From an uncultured Gammaproteobacteria bacterium (GTDB taxonomy: Bacteria > Patescibacteriota > Patescibacteriia > Patescibacteriales > UBA12465): a DNA stretch of 64,000 bases. The position numbers and the translations under genes were made by a program. The DNA lies in the NCBI GenBank assembly GCA_964570655.1, contig CAZMYU010000002.1, forward strand, positions 11,367 through 75,366, given 5' to 3'. Positions 35,641 to 45,764 of this stretch are shown here, in pieces (positions within the stretch are counted from its first letter, which is position 1; each line of letters opens with the position of its first letter). Below the pieces are notes generated by a model, which saw only the letters and a program-made list of their open reading frames with translations, was not told the origin of the DNA and ran no database searches.

Positions 35641-35672
35641 TCTTTTAAAATAGCTGTGAATAACTTCTGCTG

Positions 35673-35737
35673 AGTCCGGGCCCCTTAGGGGACTCGGACT
35701 TTTTGTTAATAAATAGGCCGATTTTTGGCCTTTTTTT
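35673..35737 (+). terminator. Two tandem terminator-like hairpins
   Basis: AGTCCGGGCCCC/GGGGACTCGGACT-TTTT and AGGCC/GGCCT-TTTTTT. Confidence 0.6.
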
Positions 35738-35762
35738 GTTGGTATTGATAAATTGAGCTAGG

Positions 35763-35830
35763 TTGACCGGAGTGGACTGGTGGTGTATAATCATAGTATT
35801 AAGGTGATTAGTGGGGAATCGAGGTGAGTT
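35763..35830 (+). promoter_or_regulatory. mraZ/dcw promoter with degenerate MraZ-type GTGG boxes
   Basis: TTGACC, 17 nt, TATAAT; GTGG motifs at 35772, 35780 and 35811. Confidence 0.6.
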
Positions 35831-35864
35831 GGTGCCTGGCACCAGAAGTCTGGTGCCAGGCACC
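35831..35864. repeat. Doublet of 13-bp palindromes
   Basis: GGTGCCTGGCACC-agaagtct-GGTGCCAGGCACC. Confidence 0.9.
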
Positions 35865-35887
35865 AGGGCTTCTAAATTTTTATTTTT

Positions 35888-36319
35888 ATGTTTATTGGCG
35901 AATACAATCACAGCTTGGATGACAAAGGACGCTTGGCTATTCCAGCCAAGTTTCGAGGCATCTTAAAAAAAGGAGCAGTCGTTACCAAAGGCTTGGATGA
36001 TTGCTTGTTTTTATATACCAAAGAACAGTGGTCTGAAATTGCCAAAAAATTTGCCAATTTACCAATTAGTCAGGCTAAGAGTCGAGCTTTTGCTCGACAT
36101 ATGCTCGCCGGAGCGATGGATCTAGAATTTGATAATCAAGGTCGCATCACTATTCCAGAATACTTACGAAAATTTTCAGTTCTAAAAAGAAAGGTAGTTA
36201 TTACTGGCCTCTATAATCATTTGGAAATTTGGGATGAGGATAAGTGGACCAAGTATAAATCTTCGACTGAAAAGAATAGTAATGCTATTGCCGAAGAGTT
36301 GGGCGAGTTAGGAATATAA
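35888..36319 (+). CDS. mraZ: Transcriptional regulator MraZ
   Basis: MFIGEY.HSLDDKGRL and DNQGRI. Confidence 0.97.
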   Translation: MFIGEYNHSLDDKGRLAIPAKFRGILKKGAVVTKGLDDCLFLYTKEQWSEIAKKFANLPISQAKSRAFARHMLAGAMDLEFDNQGRITIPEYLRKFSVLKRKVVITGLYNHLEIWDEDKWTKYKSSTEKNSNAIAEELGELGI

Positions 36320-36323
36320 TTAA

Positions 36324-37265
36324 ATGGAATATTCTCACATTCCAGTCATGCTTCCGGAAGTAATGGAATATTTAAATCCACAAGTCGGGGAAGTGATAGT
36401 TGATGGAACCTTGGGTGGAGCCGGATATACCTTGGAGATAGCTAAGGCTGTTGGTGCCAGTGGTCGAGTGATAGCTATTGATCTGGATCCTGAGGCTATT
36501 AAAAATGCTAAAGATAAATTAAAAAATAATATTTTAAAGAACGTTACTCTGATTAATGATAATTTCGGTAATCTTTCTAAAATAGTTCAAGAAAATTTAA
36601 TAAAATCCCCTCAGCTTGTCGATGGTCTCGTACTAGACTTGGGATTATCGTCTTATCAATTAATTGATGAGACTCGCGGATTTTCGTTTCGCAGTTCCAA
36701 GTCGCTAGATATGGGCATGGGTCCTGGGGCCTTTTACTCCGCCGAAAAAATAATAAATAATTATCACCTTAAGAATCTTATCCAGATTATTAGGGACTAC
36801 GGAGAAGAGCCCCAGGCCAATCGAATAGCGAGAGCGATTGATACTTATCGGAAGACCAAGAAAATTACTAGCTCGCAGGAATTAGCTGAAATTATTAAGA
36901 AGGTGATACCAGCTTGGGGTGCCAAAATTCATCCCGCCACCAAGACTTTTCAGGCGATTCGGATTTATGTTAATCAGGAATTGGCCAATTTGGAAAAAGC
37001 CCTGGCTGATAGTTTGAAAGTTTTGCGTCCTGGTGGGCGCTTGGTAATAGTTTCCTTTCATAGTTTAGAGGATCGCTTAGTTAAACAATTTTTTAAAAAA
37101 ACGGCCGGAGGCTGCCAGTGTCCCAAAAGTTTTCCAGTTTGTTGTTGTGGTCATATTCCGGAATTTAAAATAATCACCAAAAAAGCCTTAATTCCAGGAG
37201 ATTTAGAAATCAAAAAAAATCCCCGGGCGCGTTCGGCCAAATTGCGAGCCGCCATAAAATTATGA
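36324..37265 (+). CDS. rsmH: 16S rRNA m4C1402 methyltransferase
   Basis: HIPVM, DLGLSS, HPATKTFQA.RI.VN, SFHSLED and NPRARSAKLR. Confidence 0.97.
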   Translation: MEYSHIPVMLPEVMEYLNPQVGEVIVDGTLGGAGYTLEIAKAVGASGRVIAIDLDPEAIKNAKDKLKNNILKNVTLINDNFGNLSKIVQENLIKSPQLVDGLVLDLGLSSYQLIDETRGFSFRSSKSLDMGMGPGAFYSAEKIINNYHLKNLIQIIRDYGEEPQANRIARAIDTYRKTKKITSSQELAEIIKKVIPAWGAKIHPATKTFQAIRIYVNQELANLEKALADSLKVLRPGGRLVIVSFHSLEDRLVKQFFKKTAGGCQCPKSFPVCCCGHIPEFKIITKKALIPGDLEIKKNPRARSAKLRAAIKL

Positions 37266-37573
37266 ACTGCCTAAAATCTCGTCGAACTAAATCAATTTTT
37301 CCCAAAATCAATTTTTTGTTGATTAGCGTTTTGATTTTGAGCGGAGCCTATTATTTGGTGAGTATCAATAATTTGGTGGTCAAAAACTTTAAATTACAAA
37401 AACTAGAGCAGAGAGTCCAAGAATTATCAGCTATTAGTCAAGATTTGAACTCACAAAAAGTTTCTCTAGAATCTTATAATGATATTTCTGGGCAATTATC
37501 AAAATTAAAAATGACTTCAGTCGGATCTGTGAATTATCTAGTGATACCTAGCGATGTGGTCGCCAAAAGATAA
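37262..37573 (+). CDS. FtsL-like bitopic coiled-coil protein
   Basis: Single TM helix plus coiled coil, located between rsmH and ftsI. Confidence 0.7.
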   Translation: MNCLKSRRTKSIFPKINFLLISVLILSGAYYLVSINNLVVKNFKLQKLEQRVQELSAISQDLNSQKVSLESYNDISGQLSKLKMTSVGSVNYLVIPSDVVAKR

Positions 37574-37575
37574 TT

Positions 37576-39504
37576 ATGACTTCCAAATCTAGTGCGAAAA
37601 AAAATCATGGCTCGTCTTTCAAATTTAACCGCCAGAATATAATCTTAGCGGTTGTTTTTTTATTAGCCTTGGTATTAATCGGGCGTTTAGTTTTTTTGCA
37701 AATTATTCAACATAATTTTTATTTGAGCAAAGCCAAAAAACAACAAGAGTTTTCTGGAATTTTACCAGCCAGACGAGGCCGGATTATGCTTAGTGATTAT
37801 TCAATGGGGCTTAGTTCTTCTAGCCCGACTATCTTGGCCACTGATAAAAATTTTGCGACCCTATATGCTATTCCCAAGGATTTAAACGAAGAGCAGGCCA
37901 AATTTTTGGCCGAGAAACTTTATAATATGTTTGACTCTCCTTCAGCTTTGACCAAACAGAACCTGGCTAGTTCCACTATCGATAAACAAATTATTATTAA
38001 TACTTATTTAGAAAAACTCACGAAGCAGGACGATCCCTATGAAGTTTTGCGTAGAAAATTATCCGAAGAAGAACTTTTGGGTTTTTATGCTTCTATTTTG
38101 AGCAGCACCTCAACTCCTCTGAGCGCTAGTGATTTGGAAATAAAAAATAGTTTGATTTTTAATAAATCTCTGACCGTTACTCCCAGGGTAGTAGTGACCT
38201 ATCCAGGACTGGGTTATGAAATGGAACCTTATCGGTATTATCCAGAAAAAAACTTAGGGTCTCAATTTTTGGGTTTTGTAAATATGGAAAGAAAAGGGAA
38301 TTATGGTTTGGAAGAATTTTATAATAAAAAATTGGCCGGTCAGGATGGGCAGATAAAAAGTGAGCGCAGTGGAATTGCTAATATGCTCATTAGTTCTAAC
38401 AGTGATTATGATGAGCCCAAAAATGGTCAGGACTTCATATTAACCATTGATCGGAATGTGGAATTTTTCGCTTGTTCTAAACTGAAAGACTATCAAGCCA
38501 AATTTAAATTTAGTAGCGGCACTGTTATTATTGTCGATCCTAAGACTGGGGCGATTATTGCGATGTGTTCTTGGCCGGATTTTGATCCTAATCAATATGC
38601 CAAAATTGATAATCCCAAAATTTTTAGTAATCCAGCGGTCAATGATCAGTATGAGCCGGGTTCAGTATTTAAAACCATTACCATGGCGGCCGCTTTAGAT
38701 CAGGGCAAGGTGAGTCCCGAAACCACTTATGTTGATAAGGGGCAGAGAATGATCGAGGGTTGGCCGAAGCCACTGAGTAATTCTGATTTTGAGACTTTTG
38801 GCGGACATGGGGTAACTACCATGACTACAGTTTTGGAAAAATCTTTAAACACTGGAGCAATTTTTGCCATGGAACAAATTGGTCCGGTAATTTTTGCTGA
38901 TTATGTGAAAAAATTTGGTTTTGGCAAAACGGCCGGTATTGAATTGCCCGGAGAAGTGAGTGGAGATATTAATTCGCTTTTGCAAAAAAAAATCAAGCCA
39001 ATTTCTGGGGCCACCGCTTCTTTTGGTCAGGGAATCGCAGTGACTCCGCTGCAAATGCTGATGTCTTATGCGGCCTTGGCTAATCGAGGAAATTTGATGC
39101 GGCCTTATATTGTTAAACAAATTATTTCCGAAGATGGGACTTCGGAAGAATTCAAACCAAAAATGGTGCGTCAGGTAGTTTCAGAAAAAACAGCCACCAC
39201 TATTTTGGCCATGCTTACCGAGGTGGTCGAAAAAGGACATTCTAAACAAGCTGCAGTCAAAGGATATTATGTGGGGGGTAAAACCGGAACAGCCCAGATT
39301 CCGGCACCAGGCGGTGGTTATATTGAAGGTGACACTTATATTCATACTTTTGTGGGCATGGCGCCAATTGACAATCCGGCTTTTGTCATGCTAGTAAAAC
39401 TAGATAGACCTCAGGTTCGCTTTGCCGAGAGCTCGGCTGCTCCACTTTTTGGGGAGATTGCTGATTTTTTGCTCAAGTATTATAAAATTCCCACTAATCG
39501 ATAA
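37576..39504 (+). CDS. ftsI: Class B penicillin-binding protein (FtsI-like)
   Basis: RL..LQI, RGRI, EPGSVFK (SxxK), SLN (SxN) and KTG. Confidence 0.92.
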   Translation: MTSKSSAKKNHGSSFKFNRQNIILAVVFLLALVLIGRLVFLQIIQHNFYLSKAKKQQEFSGILPARRGRIMLSDYSMGLSSSSPTILATDKNFATLYAIPKDLNEEQAKFLAEKLYNMFDSPSALTKQNLASSTIDKQIIINTYLEKLTKQDDPYEVLRRKLSEEELLGFYASILSSTSTPLSASDLEIKNSLIFNKSLTVTPRVVVTYPGLGYEMEPYRYYPEKNLGSQFLGFVNMERKGNYGLEEFYNKKLAGQDGQIKSERSGIANMLISSNSDYDEPKNGQDFILTIDRNVEFFACSKLKDYQAKFKFSSGTVIIVDPKTGAIIAMCSWPDFDPNQYAKIDNPKIFSNPAVNDQYEPGSVFKTITMAAALDQGKVSPETTYVDKGQRMIEGWPKPLSNSDFETFGGHGVTTMTTVLEKSLNTGAIFAMEQIGPVIFADYVKKFGFGKTAGIELPGEVSGDINSLLQKKIKPISGATASFGQGIAVTPLQMLMSYAALANRGNLMRPYIVKQIISEDGTSEEFKPKMVRQVVSEKTATTILAMLTEVVEKGHSKQAAVKGYYVGGKTGTAQIPAPGGGYIEGDTYIHTFVGMAPIDNPAFVMLVKLDRPQVRFAESSAAPLFGEIADFLLKYYKIPTNR

Positions 39505-39509
39505 TCATT

Positions 39510-40781
39510 ATGAAAAATATTGCTTTTTTTATTTTAAAAACAATGGCCAAAATTATTCTCCGCAAATATCAGCCGGAGATTATTGGTATCACTGGTAGCT
39601 TTGGCAAGACTAGTGCGAAAGAAGCAATTTTTACAGTTTTAAAAAATAAATTAAATGCTTCAGCTAGTCGTAAAAATTATAATAATGAATTGGGACTGCC
39701 TCTAAGTATTTTATTATCTTCGGCTCCAGGCAAGAGTTTGGGCAAATGGTGGCAAATTGGCAAAAAATTTTTTCAATTATGGGTTCAAAGAGATTTGAAT
39801 TATCCGCCCCTCTTAATTTTGGAAATGGGCGTTGATCATCCTGGGGATATGGATAAATTATTAAGTGTGGTGCATCCGCGCATTGGGGTGTTGACGGCAA
39901 TTGGTTCGGCTCATTTAGAATTTTTTGGTCAAATCGAAAAAATTAAAGAAGAAAAACAAAAATTATTAGCCGCTTTGCCCAAGGAGGGTTGTGCGGTTGT
40001 CAATTTCGACGATGAATTGTGTCGGCTGGCTAGTTTGGAATCCAAGGCTGTAGTTATTAGTTATGGTCTTCATGAGCAGGCTAAGGTTCAGGCCAAAGAA
40101 ATCGTTTATAATTTTGGTGAAGATAATTCTGGTATTAGTTGCAAGGTCTCTTATAATGGTTCGGAGGTGCCTTTATTTTTACCACAAGTTATTGGTCCCG
40201 GGGCTCTGTCGGCCGCCTTGTCAGCTGTGGCCGTGGGTCTGTCTTATGGTTTGAATTTGGTGGAGATTACTAATGCGCTCAAAGATTTTCGTTTGCCGAC
40301 TGGGCGCTTTCAGACGATCAAAGGTCTTAATAATTGTGTGATTATTGATGATACTTATAATGCTTCACCCGAAGCAGTGTTAGGGGCGCTCAAGGTCATG
40401 CAAGAGTTTAATTGGCCAGGAGCCAAGATTGCTATCTTAGGAGATATGTTGGAGTTGGGGGCTTATAGTCAAGAAGGACATTTTTTGGTGGGAAAAATGG
40501 TAGCTAGCGGTTCTTTGAATAAGTTAATTACGGTTGGGAGCTTATCAACCGCGACTCATCAAAAAGCCATTGAACTTGGTTTCAATTCTAATAATGTTAT
40601 TCACTTTGCTAATAGTTTGCTAGCTGCGCAAAATATTCAAGATTTAATTCCAGCTGGTTCTTTGGTTTTGATCAAGGGTTCCCAGGGTGCCCGGATGGAA
40701 AAAATTAGTGCTGCCTTATTGGATCCCAGTTTAGATCCCAAAAATGTTTTAGCCCGCCAAGATGAATCTTGGGTAAAATAA
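39510..40781 (+). CDS. murF: UDP-MurNAc-tripeptide--D-Ala-D-Ala ligase
   Basis: GITGSFGKTS, NNELGLP, DDTYNA, LGDMLELG and KGS. Confidence 0.93.
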   Translation: MKNIAFFILKTMAKIILRKYQPEIIGITGSFGKTSAKEAIFTVLKNKLNASASRKNYNNELGLPLSILLSSAPGKSLGKWWQIGKKFFQLWVQRDLNYPPLLILEMGVDHPGDMDKLLSVVHPRIGVLTAIGSAHLEFFGQIEKIKEEKQKLLAALPKEGCAVVNFDDELCRLASLESKAVVISYGLHEQAKVQAKEIVYNFGEDNSGISCKVSYNGSEVPLFLPQVIGPGALSAALSAVAVGLSYGLNLVEITNALKDFRLPTGRFQTIKGLNNCVIIDDTYNASPEAVLGALKVMQEFNWPGAKIAILGDMLELGAYSQEGHFLVGKMVASGSLNKLITVGSLSTATHQKAIELGFNSNNVIHFANSLLAAQNIQDLIPAGSLVLIKGSQGARMEKISAALLDPSLDPKNVLARQDESWVK

Positions 40782-40786
40782 ATATT

Positions 40787-41824
40787 ATGTTGGTCACTGG
40801 TTTTATTACTTATAATGAGTCGACAGTCAAATATTTGGCTGATTTTTTGCCGAGTCTTAAAGCGGCTTTGGATTTGTGGCGAGCTAATAGTGGTGATGAG
40901 TATGAGATTATTAATTTTGACAATAGTACTCCGGGTCACTTAGAAAATCGCGACTATATTAAAAAGAATTTTCCAGATATTCGGATTGTCGAAAATAATG
41001 CTAATATTGGTTTTGCGCGGGCTTATAATAGCATGATTAGAGCGGCCGTTCTGAAAGGGGCTGATTATTTTTTTATGGTGAATCCGGATATCACTTTGGC
41101 ACTTGATTCGATTTGGCAGATGTTTTCGGAGATTATCAAGGATGAGAAAATTGCTGGGATTGCTCCGCGAATTTTGAAATGGAATTTCTCAGAAAAAAAA
41201 CTAAGCGATATTATTGATAGCGATGGTTTGTATATGACCAAGGCTCATCGTTTTTGTGATCGTCATCAGGGTTTAAAATTAAATGAAGTGGACCAAAAAG
41301 TAGAGGCCGTTTTTGGGTTTACTGGGGCCGCGGTTCTACTTAGGATCAAGGCCTTAGAAGATGTGGCTTGGAAATTTAATAATAATTTTGAATTTTTGGA
41401 TGAGCTGATGTTTATGTACAAAGAGGATGCTGATTTGTCGTATCGCTTGCAACTCGCTGCTTGGAAAATAATTTTTTGCCCGCAGGCCTTGGTGTATCAT
41501 GACCGCACAGCCAATCCCTTGGGGGAATCATCTTGGCAAATTATAGCCAATCGCCGTCTGAAGAGTCGCCACGTTAAGGAGTGGTCTTTTATGAATCAAC
41601 TAGTGGTTTATAATCGGTACCGGCGTCTAAGGTATTCAGCTCAGGCGCGCTGGCAAACCACTGTTTATCATTGGCAGAGCCTGATTTATGTTTTGGTTTT
41701 TGAATCATACTTAATTCCTCAAATAGTCAAATTCTGGCGAGCTAAAAAAATAAGACAAGCCAAGCGTCGGGCTCTAGTTATTAGAGTCGCTCCCCAAGAT
41801 TTAGAAAAAAGGCTTATTTATTAG
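40787..41824 (+). CDS. Glycosyltransferase family 2 (rhamnosyltransferase-like)
   Basis: DNS, NIGFARAYN, NPD and FMYKEDADL. Confidence 0.88.
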   Translation: MLVTGFITYNESTVKYLADFLPSLKAALDLWRANSGDEYEIINFDNSTPGHLENRDYIKKNFPDIRIVENNANIGFARAYNSMIRAAVLKGADYFFMVNPDITLALDSIWQMFSEIIKDEKIAGIAPRILKWNFSEKKLSDIIDSDGLYMTKAHRFCDRHQGLKLNEVDQKVEAVFGFTGAAVLLRIKALEDVAWKFNNNFEFLDELMFMYKEDADLSYRLQLAAWKIIFCPQALVYHDRTANPLGESSWQIIANRRLKSRHVKEWSFMNQLVVYNRYRRLRYSAQARWQTTVYHWQSLIYVLVFESYLIPQIVKFWRAKKIRQAKRRALVIRVAPQDLEKRLIY

Positions 41825-41943
41825 TAAAATAGCTTAAATGTGAGCTGGCCATCAACTCTTTAGCACGGTCATTTTAGGGGTATTGACTTCTAATTTGATT
41901 TATGCCAATATATAGGCAGTTATCAATTTAACGCCTTTTTTAT

Positions 41944-42963
41944 ATGGAGAATATTTTGGAAAAAATTATTAAAGATCGCAAAGTCGAAGAGTTGAATAAA
42001 TTGAACGCTGTCAAAATTGCCAGTGGACTTTTGAACGAACTCTTAGAAAGAGAACGGGATATTTTGACCCGTCGTTTTGGTTTAAGCGGAGCCGAAGGGG
42101 AAACCTTGGAGCAAATCGGTAAACTTCATAAATTGACCAGAGAACGAGTCCGACAAATTGAATCTAGCAGCTTGAAGAAAATCAAGAAACTAGATTATTT
42201 GGATGAGTCGCTTTCTACTATCAAAAAAGCGGTTAGTCAATTGCTAGAAGAGCATGGCGGGGTGATGGATCAAAATCTAATGTTGGATATTTTGTCTATT
42301 ATCTGTTTAGAGCCCAAGGCCTCTGAGACTGATCGAGAAATTTGTAAAAAACATTTTGATTTTGTCATCTCCAAGCTATTAACTGACGATTTTGAACTAA
42401 ATGGTCAGTCTGACAATTTCAATTCTTTGTATAAATTCAAAGATCATAATTTGAAACCGATCAACGAAGTGGCTGATGATTTGCTCAAAAATGTCGCCAA
42501 GGCTGATGGTCTTATGTCTTTCGAAGACTTGTTAGAACTCATTAAAAATTTGGGTTCCTATGCCAAACATCGAGAAAAATTAGGAACTGACAAATCCAGT
42601 GATTTGCTTGATGTCTTTAAACATGAATTATTTAATGAATCAGCTGAGCTAATCAATAATAATAAACATCTCTATTCACTAATTACCGGAGTCAAACATA
42701 TTAATCGTAATAAATTTGGTGATTGGGGTCTAAGCGATTCTCCGGAGGTCAAACCCAAAAAGATTAGCGATAAGATCTATTTGGTTCTCAAACATCAGGG
42801 TGAGCCAATGCATTTCAAGGATATTGCTGATAAAATTAATGAAATTGACTTTGATCATAAGAAGGCTAATGCGGGTACGGCTCATAATGAACTCATTCTG
42901 GATGATCGTTTCGAGCTTGTCGGCCGAGGACTTTATGGCCTTAAAGAGTGGAACAAAAAATAA
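41944..42963 (+). CDS. Sigma-70 region 4 HTH fused to a C-terminal HARE-HTH-like domain
   Basis: RFGL..TLEQIG....TRERVRQIE; C-terminal PMHF..I...IN...HNELI.D.RF..VGRG.YGL.EW. Confidence 0.8.
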   Translation: MENILEKIIKDRKVEELNKLNAVKIASGLLNELLERERDILTRRFGLSGAEGETLEQIGKLHKLTRERVRQIESSSLKKIKKLDYLDESLSTIKKAVSQLLEEHGGVMDQNLMLDILSIICLEPKASETDREICKKHFDFVISKLLTDDFELNGQSDNFNSLYKFKDHNLKPINEVADDLLKNVAKADGLMSFEDLLELIKNLGSYAKHREKLGTDKSSDLLDVFKHELFNESAELINNNKHLYSLITGVKHINRNKFGDWGLSDSPEVKPKKISDKIYLVLKHQGEPMHFKDIADKINEIDFDHKKANAGTAHNELILDDRFELVGRGLYGLKEWNKK

Positions 42964-42985
42964 TTAATTTAAAAATTTCAATACC

Positions 42986-43015
42986 AAACCAGTCGCTTCG
43001 TAGCGACTGGTTTTT
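42986..43015 (+). terminator. Intrinsic terminator
   Basis: AAACCAGTCGCT-tcgt-AGCGACTGGTTTTT. Confidence 0.85.
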
Positions 43016-43083
43016 GGTTACTAAAATATTGCCGAGCCTTGGCTTTTATGTTAAAATAAAAGCATGGTTTTAGACCAAATTTT

Positions 43084-44559
43084 ATGAATATTGTTTTGTA
43101 TCTGACCCCGGCTCAGGAATTTTTAAATTTACCACCCGACGTACTGCTCTGGCGTTTTATGCAGTACTATGGGTGGGTTATTATTGGGATAATATTTTTG
43201 GCCAACTTTGTGGAGCTGTGGCTTTTGAATGCCCAAGAAAAATATGCGGCCAATCTCAAATATACTTTGTTAGCTATCGATATTCCTAAAAATAATGAGC
43301 AATCACCAGCGGCCGTAGAAAATCTATTTACTTATTTGGGTGGTGCTCATAGCACTATCAATTGGTATGATAAATGGATTGATGGCAAATTTCAGCCGGC
43401 TTTTAGTTTTGAAATTGTTAGTATTGATGGTTATACTCAATTTATAATTCGCACTCCAGTTGATTCTCGTAATATAGTAGAATCAGCAATTTATTCCCAA
43501 TATCCTGATGCGGAAATTACCGAAATTGATGATTATACCGAAGGGGTCCCTAGAAGTTTTCCAGATCCCGAATACGATTTGATGGGCGGTGAGTTTATGC
43601 AACAGATCAACCACATGTATCCGATCAAGTTGTATAAAGAATTTGAACACCAAATTGGTCCTAAGGAAAATGTTTTCAAAGACCCTATGGCTTCGCTCAT
43701 GGATTTATGTAGTAGCATGATCAAGGGTGAGCAGTTTTGGTTTCAACTCTTGGTAGTGCCCACTGGTTTTGATTGGATGGGTGAAGCTGATGATGAGGTG
43801 AATAAGATTCTAGGAAAAAAAGCCAAAGTGACTGGCATTAATGCCTTTATTGATAGTATTGTGAAGATTATCGGTGTGATTAGTGAGGCCATTTATCGTT
43901 TATGGGAGGGAATTGAAGATAAGGACACTGAAAAACCTCCTCTGAAAATGTTGGACTTAACTCCACTTCAGAAAAAAAGAGTTGAGGGTCTGCATTATAA
44001 AATTTCCAAGCTAGGATTTTTAGCTAAGATTAGAGTGGTGTATATAGCCAGGAAAGAAGTTTTCAATCCCAAAAAAGCTTTTAGTGGTTTTGTTGGTTTT
44101 GCCAAACAATTTATGGCTTTGGATATGAACAGCTTGAAACCGGATATGAGTGTGACGGTTACTTCCACAGCTTATTTTGCCAAAGTTAAGCGACTTAATT
44201 ATCGCAAAGGCAAGGTTCTCACTAATTATATTAATCGGAGTGCTTGGGCTGGTCGGAGTCCAGGGATTTTTAATATTGAAGAGTTGGCGACTATTTGGCA
44301 TTTCCCAATTGAGGCTAATGTGAAGGCTCCGCTTCTGCAAAAGACCCCAGCCAAAAAAGCTAAACCGCCGATTAGTTTACCGACTGAAGAAAGTATTATT
44401 TACCATAATGATTTGGAAAGTGATCTGGCTTTTTCTATGGCTGACGAAGGCAATCAGAAAGAAGCTGATAAAAAAAATACCGTCTTGGACGAGGAGGCAC
44501 CTCTGGCTAGCAATCCGACGGCCAAAAGTGCACCACCGAGTAATTTGCCATTTGGTTGA
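43084..44559 (+). CDS. Conserved hypothetical membrane-anchored protein
   Basis: N-terminal TM helix, FSFEIVS, IYSQYPDAEI, EELATIWHFP and a C-terminal PPSNLP. Resembles proteins seen near conjugative-type ATPases in CPR (from memory). Confidence 0.65.
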   Translation: MNIVLYLTPAQEFLNLPPDVLLWRFMQYYGWVIIGIIFLANFVELWLLNAQEKYAANLKYTLLAIDIPKNNEQSPAAVENLFTYLGGAHSTINWYDKWIDGKFQPAFSFEIVSIDGYTQFIIRTPVDSRNIVESAIYSQYPDAEITEIDDYTEGVPRSFPDPEYDLMGGEFMQQINHMYPIKLYKEFEHQIGPKENVFKDPMASLMDLCSSMIKGEQFWFQLLVVPTGFDWMGEADDEVNKILGKKAKVTGINAFIDSIVKIIGVISEAIYRLWEGIEDKDTEKPPLKMLDLTPLQKKRVEGLHYKISKLGFLAKIRVVYIARKEVFNPKKAFSGFVGFAKQFMALDMNSLKPDMSVTVTSTAYFAKVKRLNYRKGKVLTNYINRSAWAGRSPGIFNIEELATIWHFPIEANVKAPLLQKTPAKKAKPPISLPTEESIIYHNDLESDLAFSMADEGNQKEADKKNTVLDEEAPLASNPTAKSAPPSNLPFG

Positions 44560-44570
44560 TAATTTTTTAT

Positions 44571-45764
44571 ATGAACAAAAAAAATATTCGGATTGGTATC
44601 GATGCTCGGTTTTATGGACCTGGAGGTAAGGGCTTGGGGCGATATACCAAACAAATTGTCGATAATATTCTAAAAATTGATGAAGGGCATGAATATGCTA
44701 TTTTTTTGCATGCTGACAATTTTGATGAGTTTGTGGTTCCCGATGAATTAATAGGTCGAGTCCAAAAAATCAAGGTGCGGGCTCGCTGGTATGGAATAAG
44801 AGAGCAACTGATCATGCCGTTTAAAATTTGGCGCACCGGTATCAACCTCATGCATTTCCCGCATTTTAATGTGCCCCTGGTTTGTCCTAGTCCGTTTATT
44901 GTGACTATTCATGATTTGATTTTGACCAAGTTTCCGACCACTCGGGCCTCAACTCTTAAACCGTTTTTTTATCATTTTAAGAATTTGGCTTATCGTCTAG
45001 TTATTAAATCAGCTTTGCGGCGGGCCAAAAAGATTATCGCTGTTTCGCAATTTACCAAACAAGATATTATTAGTCAGTTTAAAGTAATTGATAGTAAAAT
45101 TGAGGTGATTTATGAAGGGGTGGCCAATTTACAAACTGATCAAGATTCTTTGTTTGTCAAAAAACAAGACCAGGAAATTACTCTCCACAAATATGGACTG
45201 CCCAATAATTTTTTGTTGTATGTGGGCAATGCTTATCCGCATAAAAATTTAGATTTTCTTTTGAAAGTTTTCAAATTTAGTCATAAAAAACATGAAGATT
45301 GGCATCTAGTTCTAGTGGGCAAAAGTGATTATTTTTATGAACGCCTGAAGAATGAAGCTCGTCACTTGGGCTTATTCATTGATAACGATTTAAACAGCCC
45401 GGTTATTTTTCCGGGTTATGTGCCGGATCAAGACTTGGAAGCTTTGTATGCCCGAGCCCGGCTTTATATTTTTCCGTCACTTTATGAGGGCTTTGGCCTT
45501 CCGCCACTGGAGGCGATGTCCCAAAATTGCCCAGTACTTAGCTCGGATCGAGCTAGTTTGCCAGAAGTATTGGGAGAGGCCGCGCTTTATTTTGATCCAG
45601 AAAGTGCTGCTGACTTACTTAATAAAATTGAGGTGTTGATGACTAATGATCTAGCTCGCGACAAGCTAATTCGTTTGGGGCAAGAACAATTTAGAAGATA
45701 TAATTGGTGGGAAGCGGCTAGCAGTACTTATAATGTTTATAAAAAAATTATTTATGGTCTCTAA
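44571..45764 (+). CDS. Glycosyltransferase family 4
   Basis: IGIDAR, TIHDL and PSLYEGFGLPPLEAM. Confidence 0.93.
   Translation: MNKKNIRIGIDARFYGPGGKGLGRYTKQIVDNILKIDEGHEYAIFLHADNFDEFVVPDELIGRVQKIKVRARWYGIREQLIMPFKIWRTGINLMHFPHFNVPLVCPSPFIVTIHDLILTKFPTTRASTLKPFFYHFKNLAYRLVIKSALRRAKKIIAVSQFTKQDIISQFKVIDSKIEVIYEGVANLQTDQDSLFVKKQDQEITLHKYGLPNNFLLYVGNAYPHKNLDFLLKVFKFSHKKHEDWHLVLVGKSDYFYERLKNEARHLGLFIDNDLNSPVIFPGYVPDQDLEALYARARLYIFPSLYEGFGLPPLEAMSQNCPVLSSDRASLPEVLGEAALYFDPESAADLLNKIEVLMTNDLARDKLIRLGQEQFRRYNWWEAASSTYNVYKKIIYGL

Noticed and set aside
35655-35663. DnaA box (TTATTCACA on the minus strand) suggesting oriC
   Set aside because: It is a single box with no cluster and no dnaA/dnaN nearby, so it could be chance.
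35888-41824. Reduced dcw cluster and stand-alone rplJL as novelties
   Set aside because: Fragmented operons are ordinary in reduced CPR-like genomes.
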